From a virus (Duplodnaviria; Caudoviricetes), in IMG/VR virus record IMGVR_UViG_3300046724_000647, positions 1-62,908 of that record: a stretch of 62,908 nt of DNA; one strand, written 5' to 3'. Below the pieces are notes generated by a model. That model was not told where the DNA came from. It saw only the letters and a list, made by a program, of their open reading frames with translations, and ran no database searches. Both the position numbers and the translations under genes were made by a program. Each line of letters opens with the position of its first letter. The stretch's first letter is position 1. This document shows, piece after piece, positions 46,006 through 56,441 of the stretch.

Positions 46006-46629
46006 ATGGGTTTCTTCAGTTTATTTGCCGGTGCACCAAAAGACGAGCGAAACCAGCAGAAGGATACCTGGTCCAGTCTCGGTAACATTTCCAAGACGGC
46101 CACTGGCAACGCGTCTGACCTCACTGGTCGCGGTAAAGAAGCCACGGGCACGGCATCCAATCTATTTACCAGCATTGCCAAGGGCGATCGAACCGCGCTG
46201 GCACCTGCGGTGAATGCCGCGGTCGAAGGTGCCGATGCTGCAAAACGCGAACAGGCCCAGGTGGGAACCGCGCGCGGTGGTGGCGCCTCTTCTGGAAATC
46301 AACAGATTGAAGATCACACGCGTCAACTGGTCTCGTCACTTCTTGGAGAAGCACAGGTCGGTGCTGCCGATAAACTTGCCGCGATCGGCAGTGGGGAAAC
46401 CAATCAGGCTATGACCGCGCTGGGAATCGGAAGCGAAACGGAATCGAACCTGAGTAGTCTCCTGCACAAAGATATCGCGGAGAAGGATGCCACGGCCGCG
46501 AAGATGTGGGGATCGCTGATCAAGGGTGGACTGAGTCTGGCGACCGCTGGCGTGTCCCCAGGTGGATTGTTTAGCGGTGGTGGCGATAACTCCGCGGCTG
46601 CACTCAGTAAGGTTGCATGGCCGCAATAA
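46006..46629 (+). CDS. internal virion/ejection protein 1
   Basis: MGFFSLF start, Gly/Ala/Ser-rich; GGAGG RBS. Confidence 0.6.
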   Translation: MGFFSLFAGAPKDERNQQKDTWSSLGNISKTATGNASDLTGRGKEATGTASNLFTSIAKGDRTALAPAVNAAVEGADAAKREQAQVGTARGGGASSGNQQIEDHTRQLVSSLLGEAQVGAADKLAAIGSGETNQAMTALGIGSETESNLSSLLHKDIAEKDATAAKMWGSLIKGGLSLATAGVSPGGLFSGGGDNSAAALSKVAWPQ

Positions 46630-46641
46630 GGACCTAAAGAA

Positions 46642-48195
46642 ATGGACCAAGGCGTAGGAGCAGGAATCGCGGAAGGACTCGGGGAAGGCTTAGGCGACCT
46701 CGGCAATCAGTTGCGTCAGAACAACTTCATGAAGATGAAGTTGAGGGACCAGCAGGCCGACGACCTGACCACGCAAATCAAATCCATCGCGGACAACATT
46801 GCGAAAGTCGGCGGCAAAGATGCGCCTGAAGCCGCGCCGCTGATCGAGCAACTGAACTCCACCATCCAGCGACACAACGCGTTGTATCCTCCGCATGAAA
46901 CCCCGGCGTTGCTGGCACGATTGAAAACGATGATGGGCCACAAGCCTGGAGCAGCACAGCCGGACGTGCGTTCCCAGATGACTCCGGAAGGTATGATGGC
47001 CGCGGCACCGATCCCCACCAACAACATCCTGCAGGAAGTGAACAATCTCACTCAGGTCCACGTTAAAGGCGGAACTCCACTCGAGGACGCAAGGAAGCTT
47101 GCGATCCAGGAAGTTACCGAGAAATACAAGGTCAACGACTGGACTCCGGCGACGGGTGATGCTGGAAACGTCTATCCGGGACCTGAACCAGCACCGGATA
47201 GCGGTGAGGCTCAAAAATACTTCCGACTCGAATTAAATAGGGAAGGCAAGCAACGAGAAGTCGAAGTCCCCGCCGGAACATATGAGGCTGGATGGAAGGC
47301 GCTGGAAGGTGTGGCCGGAGTCCCACACGAAGGACCAGATGGGAGGGTCTATCAGACTCAAGTCAATAAAGCCGGCACAAATCGGGAAGCGTTGATGCCG
47401 GGTGTAACCCCGGACATGATCAAAGCAAAACAACTGAGGCCGAATATCAACAATGCCACCGGTGGACTGGATTCGATCACTGATCCCAACAGGAACAAAG
47501 TTTGGACGGCCAGCATGATTGCCGACGCTCCCGCAGATGTTCAAACCATGTGGAACGACATCACCAAGCAGGTCCAGGGCGAAACTCAGCGTAAAGCGGA
47601 CGTCGAGAAAGAAAAGGTCGCCGAGTCCGAGAGAATGCTTGCCAAGCGCGAGGCGCAGCAATTCGAAATCCAGAACCGGTCGTTTCAGAACATGATTGCA
47701 GGACACGATTACACCGCGGCGAGAAAAGAAGTCGACAAGGTTGGCGAAAACTATCACGACGCGCTGGATCGCATGTCGACGATGGACCAGAACCAACGTG
47801 ATGCCTTGAAGGGCGACCAACAGGCAATGCTGTCGCTGGTCTCCAACCATATCGGTATGACCATCGGCGCTCAGAAGGGTGCCCGTATCACACGCGCGGC
47901 ATTCGAGGAAGCCCAGAACTCCGCGCCATGGCTGGCACGGATGGGCGCACGGTGGAGTTCCGACGGATATCTCTCCGGCGTTACGCTGACGCCAGACCAG
48001 ATGGAGCAGATGGTTCGATTGGCGCGGGAAAAGGTGGAGACTTGGAAGAAACGCAAAACGGACGTCGAAAACGAATATCACGACGCCCTGAATCCTCGTC
48101 CGGCGGGAAGTTCGGCGCCGGCCGCGGCGCCGGCTGGCGGTAAGCCGGATCCGGTCGACGAACAGATCCTGAAACTCCTTCAAGGTAAGAAGTAA
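46642..48195 (+). CDS. internal virion/ejection protein 2
   Basis: GAGIAEGLGEGL N-terminus, long helical body. Confidence 0.6.
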   Translation: MDQGVGAGIAEGLGEGLGDLGNQLRQNNFMKMKLRDQQADDLTTQIKSIADNIAKVGGKDAPEAAPLIEQLNSTIQRHNALYPPHETPALLARLKTMMGHKPGAAQPDVRSQMTPEGMMAAAPIPTNNILQEVNNLTQVHVKGGTPLEDARKLAIQEVTEKYKVNDWTPATGDAGNVYPGPEPAPDSGEAQKYFRLELNREGKQREVEVPAGTYEAGWKALEGVAGVPHEGPDGRVYQTQVNKAGTNREALMPGVTPDMIKAKQLRPNINNATGGLDSITDPNRNKVWTASMIADAPADVQTMWNDITKQVQGETQRKADVEKEKVAESERMLAKREAQQFEIQNRSFQNMIAGHDYTAARKEVDKVGENYHDALDRMSTMDQNQRDALKGDQQAMLSLVSNHIGMTIGAQKGARITRAAFEEAQNSAPWLARMGARWSSDGYLSGVTLTPDQMEQMVRLAREKVETWKKRKTDVENEYHDALNPRPAGSSAPAAAPAGGKPDPVDEQILKLLQGKK

Positions 48196-50423
48196 TGGCT
48201 GAGACCGATGACGTCACTCAGGCGATCAATATGTTCAAGGGTCTGCCGCAAGACCGGCAGGCCGCACTCCTGCAGCGCATGACGCCGGACCAGAAAGCGA
48301 AAATCCTGGCCGGGCTCCAAGCACGCCAAGGCCCGGCGCCATCCTACGTCCAGAGCCAGAAGCAAGCCATCGACTCCGAGATGGAGAAAGCCGATCCTGG
48401 CCGTCAGGTCACCCGCGATCCGCAAACCGGTGAAGTGACAATGACGCAACCCGGCACGCTGGGCAGCCGGGCACGAGAGGCCGCGATCGACGCGCTGTCG
48501 CCATTGACCGGACAGGCATTGCTGGGAGCAGTCCAGCAGGGTGGACAGGCACTCTGGGACATGCTGTCGGGACGTGGAAGCGGCAGGGCACAGGAAGTCG
48601 TGAAGGGTGCGGTGACAGCACCAGTGCAACCCGTCATAAAAATCGCACACGGCCTGAAGACCGGCAACTACGAAGAGGCCGCCGGTGGCGCCGGCGGATT
48701 CGCCACGCAGACCGCACCGGCAATCCTTGGCGCCGTAGATGCTGGCACTGGAGCCATTGACGCTTCGTCGAACGCCGCCCGTGAGTTCGCTCAGAACCGA
48801 CTTGGTGTCAACGCGCTGAGAACGACGGAACCGATCGTGCGCCGATACAACGCCGCAGCCGAAGCCGTTCCCGAACGTCAGGCCGCCGCCGACGCCGCAG
48901 CTGCAGAAAAGAACACTCAGGCGGCACAGACCGCCGCGGAGAAACACGCGGCAGATACCGCCAAGCTGACCGCAAAGAACGAAGCGGCGATGCACGAGGC
49001 CGATATCAAAACGGAAGGCAGTTCCGCCGATACGCTGGCTAAGAACAACGCCGATCGAATCGCCCACGAACAGGCCGTCAAGGACGTCACCGAGCACAAC
49101 GCCAACGTGGACGCACAGACCAACCGGGCCGCCAGTCTCGACAGCCAGCTTCGCGAGGGAAGCGAAGACCTCGGTAATCAGATCGTCGATCTCGACAAGA
49201 AGCTTCGCGAGGAAGGGAATCAGAAATACGACACCGTTACCGCGAAGGTTGCCGGTGACAAAGGCGTTCCCACCGATACGATAGTTCAGGCCGCGAAAAA
49301 AGCACGATCGATGCTCAAGGGTGCTCCGGAGAGTATTCGACAGTTCACCGACCTGATGAAAAAAGAAGCCGACACCGAGGCTCCGGTTGCCAATGGTGTG
49401 GCGCCTGAACCCGGTACCGGACTCTACAAACTCATGCAGGAACAGGGACTGATTCCGGAAGCCGAAACGATGCCCTTCGATCAACTCAAAGGGTATTCCT
49501 CGGAACTGGGCCGGAAACTGGCGGAAGGTGGATTGCCGGGCGACGTCTACCAGGCGATCAAATATCTCAAACAGCAGATCGATGCTGCAAAAGTCGCAAT
49601 CGCGGAACGGCATGGTGCCACCGCAGACCTAGCGGCCGCTGATAAGTTCTGGCAACAGTTTCAGGACACCATGTACGACAAGGACAGCGCCGTGGCCAAG
49701 GTCCGCGAGAATGTCGGTGTCGTGGATCCGGAATTCTACTCCGAGCCTTTCACGAAAGGAAAGTCGGCCGGCGTCGGCGCCTCAAAGCTTCGTGGACTCC
49801 CGACGCAGTATTCCGATATCGCCAACGGAATTGCCGATATGACCGAGCGTCTTCGCAAGGCGTATCAGGAACGCGGAGAAGTGAACATCCCGAAAAAGAA
49901 GGAAGTTCCGGCGCCTCCGACCACGCAGCCCCAAGGACCGCGCGCGATGGCCACACTGGAACCGGCGCCCACGCCCGTCCAGCCGAAGGTGGTCACGCCG
50001 GAGACGGTCCAGCCTCCAAAGCCGCCGACCGCCGAACAGATCCTGCAACGGAAGAAGGATCAGGCTTTGGGGCGGGCTCAGTCCCTCGGTGAAATGCGCC
50101 ATGCCACAGCATTTGAAAATCTTTCGCTTCCGATCAAGTCGATCACTTCCAATTTGCTGAAACGGCCGGCGGTGGTGGAATGGATTTCTCGACCGACCGC
50201 CTCGGATTTCGCGGCGATCGAGGCATTGCCAGATCCGATCCGGACTCAGATTCGCACCAAACTCCAGCAGGTTGTTGCCGAAGAAACCAAAGCCGGAAAG
50301 CCGCCACGGATTGATCCGCGCGTAGGTGCGTTCATCGGCGCCGCGGCTCCTGCCACGAACACGACCGGTGGCGTTCAGAATCGACGCCAAGCTATGGATG
50401 CCATGGGTCATCCGGTTCCGTGA
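48195..50423 (+). CDS. internal virion/ejection protein 3
   Basis: 742 aa Ala-rich helical with glycine-zipper-like segments. Confidence 0.6.
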   Translation: MAETDDVTQAINMFKGLPQDRQAALLQRMTPDQKAKILAGLQARQGPAPSYVQSQKQAIDSEMEKADPGRQVTRDPQTGEVTMTQPGTLGSRAREAAIDALSPLTGQALLGAVQQGGQALWDMLSGRGSGRAQEVVKGAVTAPVQPVIKIAHGLKTGNYEEAAGGAGGFATQTAPAILGAVDAGTGAIDASSNAAREFAQNRLGVNALRTTEPIVRRYNAAAEAVPERQAAADAAAAEKNTQAAQTAAEKHAADTAKLTAKNEAAMHEADIKTEGSSADTLAKNNADRIAHEQAVKDVTEHNANVDAQTNRAASLDSQLREGSEDLGNQIVDLDKKLREEGNQKYDTVTAKVAGDKGVPTDTIVQAAKKARSMLKGAPESIRQFTDLMKKEADTEAPVANGVAPEPGTGLYKLMQEQGLIPEAETMPFDQLKGYSSELGRKLAEGGLPGDVYQAIKYLKQQIDAAKVAIAERHGATADLAAADKFWQQFQDTMYDKDSAVAKVRENVGVVDPEFYSEPFTKGKSAGVGASKLRGLPTQYSDIANGIADMTERLRKAYQERGEVNIPKKKEVPAPPTTQPQGPRAMATLEPAPTPVQPKVVTPETVQPPKPPTAEQILQRKKDQALGRAQSLGEMRHATAFENLSLPIKSITSNLLKRPAVVEWISRPTASDFAAIEALPDPIRTQIRTKLQQVVAEETKAGKPPRIDPRVGAFIGAAAPATNTTGGVQNRRQAMDAMGHPVP

Positions 50424-51424
50424 ATTCTGCCGACACCATCACCGCCTTCGAACTCTGCCAACGCAAAGCCTACTTATCCCAACGCTGGGAACGACACAAG
50501 CTTCTACCGAGCGAAATGTTACGCATGGGAGTGCTGGCCGGGCTCACCATCAAGGACCACACCGACTACGGCGAATTCGCTGGTGAGGAAGTGGTGACGC
50601 TGGCTTCCGAACGTGGAATGGACATCGATCGCGACAAACACAACGTGTACCGCGCGGTGATGAATCACGCCGGTATCGCCGACATTGTCACGACCGCGAT
50701 CCGCAAAGAAGGTCAATCGGCCTGGCTGCCGATCGGAAAGTCACGAGACATTAACTGGAATAGTTCCTGTCTAATCGATCCGACCGGAAACTTCCTCCGG
50801 CGATTTGTTCCCGCCGGAAGTTGGAATCAGGAACGTCAGGAACACGAGATTCGTTCGTGGTACGGACTGGCCGAAGTCTGTATGGCGAAGCTTCCGATGC
50901 AGATGGTGGTGGCGCAACTGGGGAATATGAACGGCGGCCGACGCCACGGCCATTGGTCGAAAGCGTTACTTCACCCGCGGAATGCTGGCATCCGATTCAA
51001 GCTTCGCAGCCGTATGACGATCGATGGCTTTAAGGAAACATGGATTCCGGTCTGGCGCGAGGAACACGATGACATCGGCCGGCAACGGTGGCTCGACGCC
51101 ATGCACGAAGACCGTGTCCTCGAGGAAGTCTTATTCGTCGTCGACATCCCACTTCCTGGCGAACTCGAGGCCCAGCGGATCCGTGACATGGCCAGCCGGA
51201 AACTTGATGAGATTTCTAAACTAACGGCACTTCCGGAGAAACAGCTTTCAACGTGCGATGGGCCTCTGGCGCCATGCCCATTCCGGGGATGTTGCTGGGG
51301 AGAACCAGAAATGGCTCCGTCGTCCCCACTGTTTGATGCTGTCGACGGAACCACGGCTCCCACTCTGCAGACCAGAGATTCTTCCAATCCAGACGCGGTG
51401 GCAGCAAGGTTTTTCGCAAGGTAA
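50420..51424 (+). CDS. degenerate Cas4/PD-(D/E)XK-like protein
   Basis: FELCQRK plus C-terminal CDGPLAPCPFRGCC; no clear D-x-K motif. Confidence 0.55.
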   Translation: MNSADTITAFELCQRKAYLSQRWERHKLLPSEMLRMGVLAGLTIKDHTDYGEFAGEEVVTLASERGMDIDRDKHNVYRAVMNHAGIADIVTTAIRKEGQSAWLPIGKSRDINWNSSCLIDPTGNFLRRFVPAGSWNQERQEHEIRSWYGLAEVCMAKLPMQMVVAQLGNMNGGRRHGHWSKALLHPRNAGIRFKLRSRMTIDGFKETWIPVWREEHDDIGRQRWLDAMHEDRVLEEVLFVVDIPLPGELEAQRIRDMASRKLDEISKLTALPEKQLSTCDGPLAPCPFRGCCWGEPEMAPSSPLFDAVDGTTAPTLQTRDSSNPDAVAARFFAR

Positions 51425-52547
51425 ACCGGTCCTTATTCTCGGATCGTTTCAATTCCTTCTTGATCTTCCATGCCCATTTCTTCGGATCGTAGACCGGCCG
51501 TACCGAATTGAAGATCCCTTCGACTCGGAACATTCCCGGCTCGATCATCATCTCCGCGTCCATGTGTTCGGCGTGGCCGCCGTAGTTGCCGGCGATAACC
51601 GGCGTGCCGCACGCGAGGCTTTCAAAGATCGGAAAACCGAAACCTTCCGGACCGATCCCCAGGGTCAGGTCACAAGCGGAGTAGAGTTTCGCCATGGTCT
51701 CGTCGCTGACCAGACCGTTGTTGATGATCGCCCGGTGCATCAGGTTGTAGTCCTCCAGCAGTTTCATGATCGCCCAGTGCCGTTCGTTGGTATCGATTTG
51801 GATGAAGATTCGAATCGGGATCTCTTTTGCGACCTCCTCCAACGCCTCCATGGCCAGGCCGTAGTCCTTCCTCATCTGGTTCGTCGCCACGATCCCGATC
51901 AACTTCTCATTGTCCTCAAAAACGATTTCCTGCCCGAAGTCGGTACGGAAGACCGCGCGCTTGTTCATCCCCTGATGGGGATGGAAGATCGTGGAATGGA
52001 TCCCGTGTGGAATGGCTACCAGTTCCCGCTTTCGGCAGTCCTGTTCGGAGAAGGTGTTTTCGATGACCTTCTTCGCCCATTCACTGTAGGCAATGATCCG
52101 ATCGAACCCGTAGAGACATTGTGCGTTTGCGTTGCAGAGCATGTTCTTGGGACCGGCAGCGTCCATCGGCGCGTAGATCCATTTTTGGAACGGCCGCGAC
52201 AGCAGCCACTTCCGCATTTCACGATCGTTCAACCATTCTGGATTGTCCGGCCGGCCGAACCAGAGCATTCGACTGGCATCCCAGATCGTCAGCACGGCGC
52301 CCTTTCGACCTTCGGAGAAGTTTTGCCAGACGTCCTTCACGGCGGGAATGAAGAAATCGTTCAGTCCCTCGATTGCGTACTGAGGGAATGGAAGCCGGCG
52401 ATCGCCCGGGCCACCGTAGCCTAGAGTTCCAACGTCATAAAGATCGTTCAGGTGATGGTGGATGCCCAGCGCCAGGTCTTTGCAAATCCGGCCCAGTCCG
52501 CTGGAAGAGGATGGCGCGTCACTGATAATCAGAAGCGGCACTTTCAT
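51216..52547 (-). CDS. glycosyltransferase, GT-B fold (GT4-like)
   Basis: IPHGI, VATNQMRKDY, LYSACD, EGFGFPIFESLACGTPVI. Confidence 0.9.
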   Translation of the reverse strand: MKVPLLIISDAPSSSSGLGRICKDLALGIHHHLNDLYDVGTLGYGGPGDRRLPFPQYAIEGLNDFFIPAVKDVWQNFSEGRKGAVLTIWDASRMLWFGRPDNPEWLNDREMRKWLLSRPFQKWIYAPMDAAGPKNMLCNANAQCLYGFDRIIAYSEWAKKVIENTFSEQDCRKRELVAIPHGIHSTIFHPHQGMNKRAVFRTDFGQEIVFEDNEKLIGIVATNQMRKDYGLAMEALEEVAKEIPIRIFIQIDTNERHWAIMKLLEDYNLMHRAIINNGLVSDETMAKLYSACDLTLGIGPEGFGFPIFESLACGTPVIAGNYGGHAEHMDAEMMIEPGMFRVEGIFNSVRPVYDPKKWAWKIKKELKRSENKDRFTLRKTLLPPRLDWKNLWSAEWEPWFRRQHQTVGTTEPFLVLPSNIPGMGMAPEAHRTLKAVSPEVPLV

Positions 52548-52575
52548 TCTTGGTTCAAGTCCTTTCGGTGCTGAA

Positions 52576-53133
52576 TTATTCGCCGGGGATGATCACCGGG
52601 TGGTCCGGAATCAGGTCCTGGCCCGATCCCAGATCCGGAAGCATGTCATCAGGATCGTTGGAGGACAACTGGACGTGCATGGCGCCGCCCTGGACCTTGG
52701 CGCCCTTTTCCACCAGCGGGTGCGGTTTGATCATGTGGGCGAGATGTGCGGGAACCTGAACTCCGCCAACCAATGAACCGGTGGCCACGCGCGGAGGAAG
52801 CGGTTGCCGGAGAACGTTCCGGGCCTCCATGGCCTCGGATTCAATCGGCGGCATCTTGTCTGCCGCCAGCAGATTCGGCATCGGACCGGAGTGTCCTTTC
52901 TGCAGATAATCCTCGAGGACCTGTTTCACCTGTTCCAGTCGTGGAATCTCTTCCTCGAGTGCCATCTTCTGATGGAGGATCCGTTGATAGTCCAGACACG
53001 CTTTCTCGTATCGGCGTGTGGCCTGATCCAGCGCGCGCGCATACGGACTGCGGCTGACCTTCCGCTTCACCTTGACCTTCGGTATCCTGACGAGTCGAGC
53101 CTTCGGTTTGATTTTACGCATCCGGCGCCCCAT
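52576..53133 (-). CDS. hypothetical coiled-coil protein
   Basis: ORF within the glycan cluster; start uncertain. Confidence 0.6.
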   Translation of the reverse strand: MGRRMRKIKPKARLVRIPKVKVKRKVSRSPYARALDQATRRYEKACLDYQRILHQKMALEEEIPRLEQVKQVLEDYLQKGHSGPMPNLLAADKMPPIESEAMEARNVLRQPLPPRVATGSLVGGVQVPAHLAHMIKPHPLVEKGAKVQGGAMHVQLSSNDPDDMLPDLGSGQDLIPDHPVIIPGE

Positions 53134-53836
53134 GTCCGAACAGGGCGTAGTACGGTGGTGTCCCCACCTGAACTCCCCACTTCTGTTCAAACGTGCGACG
53201 GTCTTTCTCCGCCTGGGCTTCGATCATCGCCTTCTCGCCCGGACTCGCGGATTTCAAGGTTCCGCTGGCGTAGTGGTAGAACGGAATGCCGATCGTGTAC
53301 GCCTCGATCCCGGCCTTGTGCATTCGCAGGTGGTAATCCCCGTCGGACGCGTAGAGCCACATCGACTCGTCGAATCCCCCGACTTTGTCCCAGACGTGCT
53401 TGCGAATCAGGAAGCAACTGAAGTCCGGATGTGGCCGCGGTGCCTTCCGCCATTCGCCTCGGATCCCTTCCATGTTGTCGACGCTGACGGCAGTGACGAA
53501 GTCCCCGCCGTCCTCGAGAAGTGATCGGTAGGTATCGGGACGAAGGACCACGTCGTTGTTCACGACCAGCGCGTGATTGCAACGTCGGAAGATAGTGGTC
53601 AGCGCGTAGTTCCATCCGGAGGACACGCCTTGCGCCGGCCGGAACGTCGTCGTGTTCGGACAGAAGCTTTCCAGCCATTCGGTGGTTCCGTCCTGACTGT
53701 TGTTGTCCACCACATGCAACTGGACGGGAATGTCCTGTTCCAGTACGGACTGAACGGCCTGTTTCGTCAGCGCCAAGGAATTCCTGCAAAGCATCACAAC
53801 CGGGTTCACACCGGTATAGTTGAGTTCTCGTTTCAT
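53114..53836 (-). CDS. glycosyltransferase family 2
   Basis: VVDNNSQDGT, VVNNDV, VGGFDE...SDGDYHLR. Confidence 0.9.
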   Translation of the reverse strand: MKRELNYTGVNPVVMLCRNSLALTKQAVQSVLEQDIPVQLHVVDNNSQDGTTEWLESFCPNTTTFRPAQGVSSGWNYALTTIFRRCNHALVVNNDVVLRPDTYRSLLEDGGDFVTAVSVDNMEGIRGEWRKAPRPHPDFSCFLIRKHVWDKVGGFDESMWLYASDGDYHLRMHKAGIEAYTIGIPFYHYASGTLKSASPGEKAMIEAQAEKDRRTFEQKWGVQVGTPPYYALFGHGAPDA

Positions 53837-54363
53837 TGATTCTCCAAATTGTTTAATTGGGCAAAGTCACCAAAATGTTTGATAGCGGCTTCGTTGTAGG
53901 CACAGGCGGCTTCTTCCTGAGTACTGAACCAGCCAATATTGATTAAGATTCCGCTCACGCGAATCCGGCAGCGCCAAGGCTTCGTCAGGGTGTCTCGCTT
54001 GTGGACGAGAGAATAACTGACCCCTTTAAATCTCGAGGCTTTTTGCCTTGTGCGCTCACTGACTCGAAGGGTCCTTTGATTTTGCATGTTCTGGGTTTGT
54101 GTGGCGCGCCTCAGATTCTCGCGTTGATTGTTCAGCCCGTCTCCGTCCCGATGGTCGATCCGGATTTTGCTACTCACGTCGTATATTTCGTGGTGCATGA
54201 GTCGCCGCCGATACTTCTTTGGTGCGGTCCTGATGTACCGAAACGCGTAAGATCCATGACCGTCGCTCCGCTTTTTCTCGCACCAGACAAACTGAGAAAG
54301 GTGCGGGAAATCTTCATCGTCGACCGACGCCAGTCGGCCATTACTCAGCCTTATGAATTTCAT
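53833..54363 (-). CDS. HNH-AP2 homing endonuclease
   Basis: IDHRDGDGLNNQRENLR; AACAYNEAAIKHFGDFA. Confidence 0.9.
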   Translation of the reverse strand: MKFIRLSNGRLASVDDEDFPHLSQFVWCEKKRSDGHGSYAFRYIRTAPKKYRRRLMHHEIYDVSSKIRIDHRDGDGLNNQRENLRRATQTQNMQNQRTLRVSERTRQKASRFKGVSYSLVHKRDTLTKPWRCRIRVSGILINIGWFSTQEEAACAYNEAAIKHFGDFAQLNNLENQ

Positions 54364-54878
54364 TTGACGCAGCACACTCCGAGGATCCACCAGTCACGTG
54401 CTATGTCAGCACCAGGGATTGTTTCCCAATCAAAGAGAGAAACGTCTCTCCATTCGGCCGCCCGACTCAGATCGTTAATAAGGTAATCGCGACTGTATCC
54501 GAATTTGTGGCGATCGCCTGGCTCTCCCTGATAGGCGCCGTACACGTTGACCATGTAGAGATAGTCTTCAAGTTCTCCGGCCAGCCATCGCCTCGCCAAT
54601 GCTTCCATGTCCGGAACCGTGATGATCAAACTACCGCCCGGCGCCAGCACGCGGTGACATTCCTTCACCAGCGCGTGGCCTTCACCCAATCCGAAATGTT
54701 CGTAAACTTGGTGCAGGACAACGTAATCGATCGTTTCGTCTTCGTAGGGAAGCGGATCATTACCGACGTCCAGAAGCAGATCCGGAACCTGGCCCGGCCG
54801 GCTGACGGCATCGATGTTCACCCATCCCTCACTGACGTCGAAGCGGCGCTGACCCGAACCAATGTTCAAAGCCCTCAT
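54360..54878 (-). CDS. class I SAM-dependent methyltransferase
   Basis: LNIGSG, VYEHF, RVLAPGG.LIITVPD. Confidence 0.85.
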   Translation of the reverse strand: MRALNIGSGQRRFDVSEGWVNIDAVSRPGQVPDLLLDVGNDPLPYEDETIDYVVLHQVYEHFGLGEGHALVKECHRVLAPGGSLIITVPDMEALARRWLAGELEDYLYMVNVYGAYQGEPGDRHKFGYSRDYLINDLSRAAEWRDVSLFDWETIPGADIARDWWILGVCCVK

Positions 54879-55627
54879 CGCGGTACTCCATGGGGAAGAA
54901 CATCCTTGAACTCGTCGTAGATGTACCGGTGCGAGTCGATGTATTGTTGCCAGTGTTTGGGATCGTCGCCTTTCCCCATCTTCACGAATGTCTGGCCGCC
55001 CAGATGATCACACGCCACGCCTACCAGTCGGATCCTCGATCCCAGCCGACGCGTCATGCAGGACAGCCAGTAGTCGTAGCAAACGTATCCGATCGGCGTG
55101 TTCAGCGGCCAGCCACCGGCATCCTCCAGGACCTTGCGCCGGACGATCAACGCGAATCCGTCCAGCACGGCCACATCACGACTGCCAGTGAATCGTTCTC
55201 CGTGGTTCTCCGCGTCTCGCATGTTGGACGCGAACCCGTGCCGCCCCAGTTGCCTGTAGTCGTAAGGGTCACGGTAGATCCCACCGGTTCCGTGTGCGGT
55301 GGCGCCACCGAATCCGACAAGGCCGACGTTGGGATCCTCGAACTCGGCCAGAACGCGCGCGACCCAATCCGGATCGCAGATGATCGTGTCGTCGTGCAGG
55401 TAGGCGATAATCTCCGCGTGCGACGTTTCGAGTCCATTGGCGTAGGCCGGAAGCATTCCGTCTCGGCCGTCCATGACGAAAATCTGTGGATAGCAGTCCG
55501 TCAATACGAATCCAAGGTTGTCGGCCATCGGGATCTTCCGGCTATCCATGGCATCGCCGCCCCAGCTTGCGATTGCTTTCCTCAGACTCTCGGCGCCGGC
55601 GTGAGCAGTCACAATGCACATCTTCAT
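54875..55627 (-). CDS. glycosyltransferase, GT-A fold (GT2-like)
   Basis: IAYLHDDT, VGLVGFGG, AVLDGFAL, CYDYWLS. Confidence 0.85.
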   Translation of the reverse strand: MKMCIVTAHAGAESLRKAIASWGGDAMDSRKIPMADNLGFVLTDCYPQIFVMDGRDGMLPAYANGLETSHAEIIAYLHDDTIICDPDWVARVLAEFEDPNVGLVGFGGATAHGTGGIYRDPYDYRQLGRHGFASNMRDAENHGERFTGSRDVAVLDGFALIVRRKVLEDAGGWPLNTPIGYVCYDYWLSCMTRRLGSRIRLVGVACDHLGGQTFVKMGKGDDPKHWQQYIDSHRYIYDEFKDVLPHGVPR

Positions 55628-56235
55628 AGAGGAATCTTGCCTCCGTAGAATGCTGTGTTGTCGTTCCACCGGGTGAACCGACTGGTGAAAAGTCCGTGCT
55701 CTGCAAACAGAGCGATCCATTCCTTGTCGGTCTTCGTCTGTTCGTTTGGTTGGTCGAAATGAGCCCAGAGTTCGTTCGGGCAGTAGAAGTAGAACCTTCC
55801 GTCGTACTTCAGAAGCGCATGGATGTTATCGAGCGCGGAGGGGAGATCGACGATGTGTTCCAGCGACCCGATGCTGACGACGAAGTCGAACTTGCCAACG
55901 TGAAAAGAGTCCGTGTTTGTAAGGGTGAAGCCGTCGCCAATATCCGCCAGTATCAGCGTTGCTTCTGGAGCACGTAGAGTGGCGTGAGCGATCCCGATGC
56001 GACTCAGTTCAATTCCGACGCAACTGACGCGCTTAACCGCTTCCTGTAGAAAGTGTCCGGCGCCGCAACCGACGTCGAGCAACCACTTCTCTTTGTCGTA
56101 GGGCACCATCATGTCGTTCAGGTGGCGGTTGACCTCTTCGGGAGGGGTGTGCCAGCCGTCGCCCATCTCGACGTATTTCCTGTTGTACCAATCACCGAGT
56201 TCCTTCGAATTGTCGAACTGTTTCCTATCTGTCAT
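55624..56235 (-). CDS. class I SAM-dependent methyltransferase
   Basis: LLDVGCGAG, GIELS, SLEHI. Confidence 0.9.
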   Translation of the reverse strand: MTDRKQFDNSKELGDWYNRKYVEMGDGWHTPPEEVNRHLNDMMVPYDKEKWLLDVGCGAGHFLQEAVKRVSCVGIELSRIGIAHATLRAPEATLILADIGDGFTLTNTDSFHVGKFDFVVSIGSLEHIVDLPSALDNIHALLKYDGRFYFYCPNELWAHFDQPNEQTKTDKEWIALFAEHGLFTSRFTRWNDNTAFYGGKIPL

Positions 56236-56237
56236 TT

Positions 56238-56441
56238 TCAGTCTCCAAATTCAGGATTAGGATTCTTTCGAATCCATTCCTTCAAATCTTCGAAATCAAT
56301 CTCAATAAAGTTGTATCCAGCTTCATTGAAGGCGACAACAACAAGACGGCCAGTTCCGGACTCGCGTCTCAGTTCAACATCCATTTCTTCGGCATATTCG
56401 CGGACACCTTCCATTACGAGAGATTTGGCGCTTATGCTCAT
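56238..56441 (-). CDS. small hypothetical protein
   Basis: ATGA overlap; RLVVVAFNEAGYN. Confidence 0.7.
   Translation of the reverse strand: MSISAKSLVMEGVREYAEEMDVELRRESGTGRLVVVAFNEAGYNFIEIDFEDLKEWIRKNPNPEFGD

Noticed and set aside
46440-46452. GGTTCGATTCC T-loop motif on the minus strand
   Set aside because: Inside a coding region with no flanking T-stem or acceptor stem.
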